DNA from: Cyanophyceae cyanobacterium
GTDB taxonomy: Bacteria > Cyanobacteriota > Cyanobacteriia > Cyanobacteriales > Laspinemataceae
Assembly: GCA_038321985.1 (NCBI GenBank)
Contig: JBBQFN010000002.1
Coordinates: 32,001 to 96,000, forward strand
DNA: 64,000 nt
Direction of reading: 5' to 3'
In this document: one piece after another, positions 60,901 through 64,000 of the stretch
How positions within the stretch are numbered: the stretch's first letter is position 1
Layout of the letters: the number at the start of each line of letters is the position of its first letter
Position numbers and translations under genes: made by a program
Notes under the pieces: generated by a model
What the model saw: only the letters and a program-made list of their open reading frames with translations
What the model was told of the DNA's origin: nothing
The model's database searches: none

Positions 60901-61731
60901 TCAGTCATTCTCCGGGGAACGGATGCGATGGAGAATTTGGCGAATCACGCCGGCATCCTCTCCCTCGGGAACCATACCCAAATAGGTTTGTAGATCGTGA
61001 CGAGCTTCGGTCCATCGCCCATTTTGATAGTAAAAAAGACCGCGATCGCGCAACTCCAAAGGCGCATCGGGAAACAACAACAAAATCCGTTCAATCGCCC
61101 CTAGACATTTATCCGAATCACCCTGATTTAGATAAATCATCTTTAAATTGGTCAGCATCCGCGCCAAAAACTGCTTGCGCGTCACCGGGGTTAAAAAGTC
61201 CGGGCGTATTGCTACTTCCGGTCCGTAAATTTGCTGTAGACGTTGTTCACAATCCTCCTGAAACAACACCTCTCCCCGATTAAACGCATCTACAAAAATA
61301 CCCACCCCTTCAAACTCAGGGCGAATTAAAAAATGTCCGGGCATTCCAATTCCCACCATTGGAAAATTTAGACGCCCCGCAATTTCTATGTAAATTAACG
61401 CTAAAGTAATTGGAATGCCAGTCCGACGGGCGATCGCATCATTGAGGAAGCTATTGCAAGGGTCATAATAATCCCTTGTATTGCCGGTAAAACCCAACTC
61501 GTCGTAAAGGTAGTCATTGATAGATTTGATAATTTGTAAGGGATAGCGTTTATCCCTCAATCGTTGGGCCACCTCTGCTGCCATCACATCTAACACATTT
61601 AGATATTCCGCTGGATCTAGCGAAGGATATTCTTCTTGCGCGATGTACAGCGCCGCCTTGGCGAGATCAATTTGTTCGTCGTTTTGGTGAATCTCTTGGT
61701 AGAAGGATTGCCGCGCTAGGGGAAAGTTCAT
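60901..61731 (-). CDS. SirB1/transglutaminase-like protein with C-terminal TPR
   Basis: YYDP.NSFL...RRTGIPITL, GMPGHFL, DAFN, RML.NLK, ELRDRG. Confidence 0.87.
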   Translation of the reverse strand: MNFPLARQSFYQEIHQNDEQIDLAKAALYIAQEEYPSLDPAEYLNVLDVMAAEVAQRLRDKRYPLQIIKSINDYLYDELGFTGNTRDYYDPCNSFLNDAIARRTGIPITLALIYIEIAGRLNFPMVGIGMPGHFLIRPEFEGVGIFVDAFNRGEVLFQEDCEQRLQQIYGPEVAIRPDFLTPVTRKQFLARMLTNLKMIYLNQGDSDKCLGAIERILLLFPDAPLELRDRGLFYYQNGRWTEARHDLQTYLGMVPEGEDAGVIRQILHRIRSPEND

Positions 61732-61928
61732 TTTAATTTAAACTATTAAATAGGATTGCCCTCGGGTATAGAGGCGATCGCGCCTATCTCCCCCCGAAGA
61801 TAGCAAAAAATCGGACCCGCTGACTATTTTTCCGCTGCCGGACTTCATCGCCTGAAATACCCCAGGCACAGGAGAAAACACGAGGGCGATCGCTCCGTCG
61901 TCCCCCTAAGCGCTTACAATTAATCTTT

Positions 61929-62795
61929 ATGACTATTTTTACCCTACCTCTAGCCCTGACATTCGCTTCCCCAGGTCCAATCCTCATCGAAATCGGACCC
62001 CTAACCATCCGTTGGTATGGGTTCTTAATTGCGACTGCCGTCTTAATTGGCGTCACTCTCTCCCAATCCCTTGCTAAACGCCGAAACGTCAATCCCGACC
62101 TTTTGGGTGACCTCATCCTCTGGTTGGTTATTGGCGCTATTCCCTTAGCACGCCTCTATTATGTCCTGTTTCAATGGCAGAACTACGCCGACAAACCGGG
62201 CCAAATCTTTGCAATCTGGAAAGGTGGCATTGCCATTCACGGCGCAATTATTGGAGGGACAATCGCCACTCTGATTTTTGCCCGACTCAAACGAATTTCC
62301 TTTTGGCAATTAGCCGATTTAGTCGCCCCCTCTGTGATTTTAGGTCAGGCGATCGGACGGTGGGGAAACTTCTTTAATTCTGAAGCCTTCGGAAGACCGA
62401 CAAATTTACCCTGGAAACTTTACATTCCCCCGGAATCTCGTCCGTTTCAATATATCGGCGAGCAATACTTCCATCCCACTTTTTTATATGAATCCCTTTG
62501 GAATCTTGCCTTATTTGCTTTTTTACTGTTTTTATTCTTTCGGGATCTTCAAGGTAAACCCCGCTTAAAAGTCGGGACCTTAATCTTAGTTTATATGGCA
62601 CTTTATAGCTGCGGTCGCTTCTGGATTGAAGGGTTGCGACTGGATAGCTTAATGTTCGGTCCCTTACGAATGGCCCAGTTTGTCAGTTTAGCCGGAATCA
62701 TTTTAGGAATAGCGGGTTTAATCTGGCTTTATGGATTCAATCGCCCTTTGCCTGATGTCGTATCTCGAAGTAGTAGCGAACCCTCTTCTTCTTAA
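61929..62795 (+). CDS. lgt: Prolipoprotein diacylglyceryl transferase
   Basis: [45 protein letters not shown]. Confidence 0.96.
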   Translation: MTIFTLPLALTFASPGPILIEIGPLTIRWYGFLIATAVLIGVTLSQSLAKRRNVNPDLLGDLILWLVIGAIPLARLYYVLFQWQNYADKPGQIFAIWKGGIAIHGAIIGGTIATLIFARLKRISFWQLADLVAPSVILGQAIGRWGNFFNSEAFGRPTNLPWKLYIPPESRPFQYIGEQYFHPTFLYESLWNLALFAFLLFLFFRDLQGKPRLKVGTLILVYMALYSCGRFWIEGLRLDSLMFGPLRMAQFVSLAGIILGIAGLIWLYGFNRPLPDVVSRSSSEPSSS

Positions 62796-62810
62796 AATTC
62801 CCAAAAAACC

Positions 62811-62859
62811 AAAAAAAAACCCTAGAAAAATCTAGGGTTGAACCAGGGTGCATCTACCA
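62811..62859 (-). ncRNA. NsiR1-like small RNA, copy B
   Basis: TGGTAGATGCACCCTGGTTC, then hairpin AACCCTAGA-TTTT-TCTAGGGTT and a U-run. Confidence 0.68.
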
Positions 62860-62865
62860 GTGCTT

Positions 62866-62895
62866 GATTACCTCATCCCTCGGGTAATATCCGGA
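62866..62895 (-). promoter_or_regulatory. DIF1-type promoter (TCCGGA at -36..-31, GTAATC at -12..-7)
   Basis: TCCGGA-N18-GTAATC-N6-TGGTAG on the minus strand. Confidence 0.62.
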
Positions 62896-62932
62896 ACCTT
62901 CCCCACTCTTTCCCTTTTTTTGTTTTAGTTTG

Positions 62933-63772
62933 ATGTCAAAATCCCAGTCAACTGTCCCGAATCAATCGAGTCCAACTGTACTCAAACCAGCCGTTTATAT
63001 TGTGGGTGCCGGACCGGGTGACCCAGATTTATTAACCGTTAAAGCGCAAAAAATCCTGGCGATCGCCGATACTATTCTCTACGCCGACTCTTTAGTTCCC
63101 AAACAGATTTTGGAAGGCGTCCGCCCCGATGCCGAAGTTATTCCCACGGGCAATAAAACCCTGGAAGATATCTTACCCATCATGATTGACCGAGTGCGCC
63201 AAGGTCGCTCCGTCGTGCGCCTGCATTCCGGGGACCCCAGTCTCTACAGTGCCATATCGGAACAAATGCACGCCTTAGCCGATGCCGATATTCCCTGTGA
63301 AATTATCCCCGGGATTAGTGCTTTTCAAGCGGCAGCGGCCAAACTCAACCTGGAACTCACCATCCCAGCACTGGTGCAAACCATCATCCTCACCCGAGTC
63401 AGTGGTCGAGCTTCCTCCGTCCCGGAATCGGAAGAATTAGCCGCGTTAGCAGCACATAAGGCTAGTTTGTGCCTATATCTGAGCGCCCGCCACATTGAAG
63501 AGGCTCAGTCCAAACTGATGGAACATTATCCCGCAGAAATGCCCATTGCCATCTGCTACCGGATTGGATGGCCCGATGAAAAAATTGTGGTAGTGCCTCT
63601 AAAAGAGATGGCCCGAGTCACCCAGGCCGAAAATTTGATTCGGACCACCCTTTATTTAATTAGTCCGGCCCTAGCAGAAGCGAAAACGCAATCCGGGAGC
63701 GAAATCCCGCGATCGCGCCTCTACCATCCTGAACACAGCCACCTGTTTCGACCTAACTCGCGGCAGGGATGA
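62933..63772 (+). CDS. cobM: Precorrin-4 C11-methyltransferase
   Basis: VGAGPGDPDLLT, YADSLV, VVRLHSGDPSLY, PGISAF, QTIILTR, SRLY. Confidence 0.95.
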   Translation: MSKSQSTVPNQSSPTVLKPAVYIVGAGPGDPDLLTVKAQKILAIADTILYADSLVPKQILEGVRPDAEVIPTGNKTLEDILPIMIDRVRQGRSVVRLHSGDPSLYSAISEQMHALADADIPCEIIPGISAFQAAAAKLNLELTIPALVQTIILTRVSGRASSVPESEELAALAAHKASLCLYLSARHIEEAQSKLMEHYPAEMPIAICYRIGWPDEKIVVVPLKEMARVTQAENLIRTTLYLISPALAEAKTQSGSEIPRSRLYHPEHSHLFRPNSRQG

Positions 63773-63834
63773 TGCCCCGTCGGATACTCTAATATAAATG
63801 ACCATCAGTTCTGTATCGAGAGATAGGTAAAGCC

Positions 63835-64000
63835 TTGCTAGACGAACAAGCGAAAAAAACAATCCTCAGAAAGATTCCCCACGGACTCTATGTTTGCGGT
63901 GTCAAAGACGGCGAGAATGTTAACGGTTTCACCGCCAGTTGGGTGATGCAAGGTTCCTTTGAACCCCCGTTAGTCATCAACTGCGTTAAACACGACTCCG
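63835..64000 (+). CDS. Flavin reductase-like protein, 3'-truncated by the window edge
   Basis: Hand translation from TTG: MLDEQAKKTILRKIPHGLYVCGVKDGENVNGFTASWVMQGSFEPPLVINCVKHDS; AGGT upstream. Confidence 0.85.
   Translation, partial: MLDEQAKKTILRKIPHGLYVCGVKDGENVNGFTASWVMQGSFEPPLVINCVKHDS

Noticed and set aside
62796..62932. Cobalamin riboswitch upstream of cobM
   Set aside because: The gap is short, lacks a B12-box and is explained by the antisense sRNA unit.
1..64000. Abundant GCGATCGC and the many short antisense or nested ORFs in the track
   Set aside because: GCGATCGC is the well-known cyanobacterial HIP1 motif; the nested ORFs are shadows of confidently assigned genes.

Overview
Core-genome-rich window from a beta-cyanobacterium. 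It carries abundant HIP1 (GCGATCGC) sites, the carboxysome shell genes ccmP/ccmK3/ccmK4 and several REP-like intergenic repeat families. The repeat types and large multidomain kinases suggest a filamentous, Oscillatoriales-like organism (inference). Housekeeping genes: glyA, leuCD, tex, apt, fmt, mutL, murF, lgt, cobM. Other genes include glucan enzymes (GH31, amylo-alpha-1,6-glucosidase, GT4), an InrS/CsoR metal sensor, a KaiA-less kaiC-kaiB pair, two large signalling kinases and an S8 protease. One small accessory island (~47.5-51.0 kb) holds a TetR regulator with a clear double operator, a DUF5367-like membrane protein, an intact IS630 element and a strongly diverged, AT-rich AcsF-like di-iron enzyme. 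Elements missing from the ORF track: two solitary NsiR1-like sRNA genes (one with a DIF1-type TCCGGA promoter), two convergent micro-ORFs sharing an AxxFxRAL motif, a MITE-like element, several operator-like palindromes and the 5' part of a flavin-reductase gene. No rRNA, tRNA or CRISPR array was found. All calls come from reading the sequence and recalled family motifs; no searches were run.
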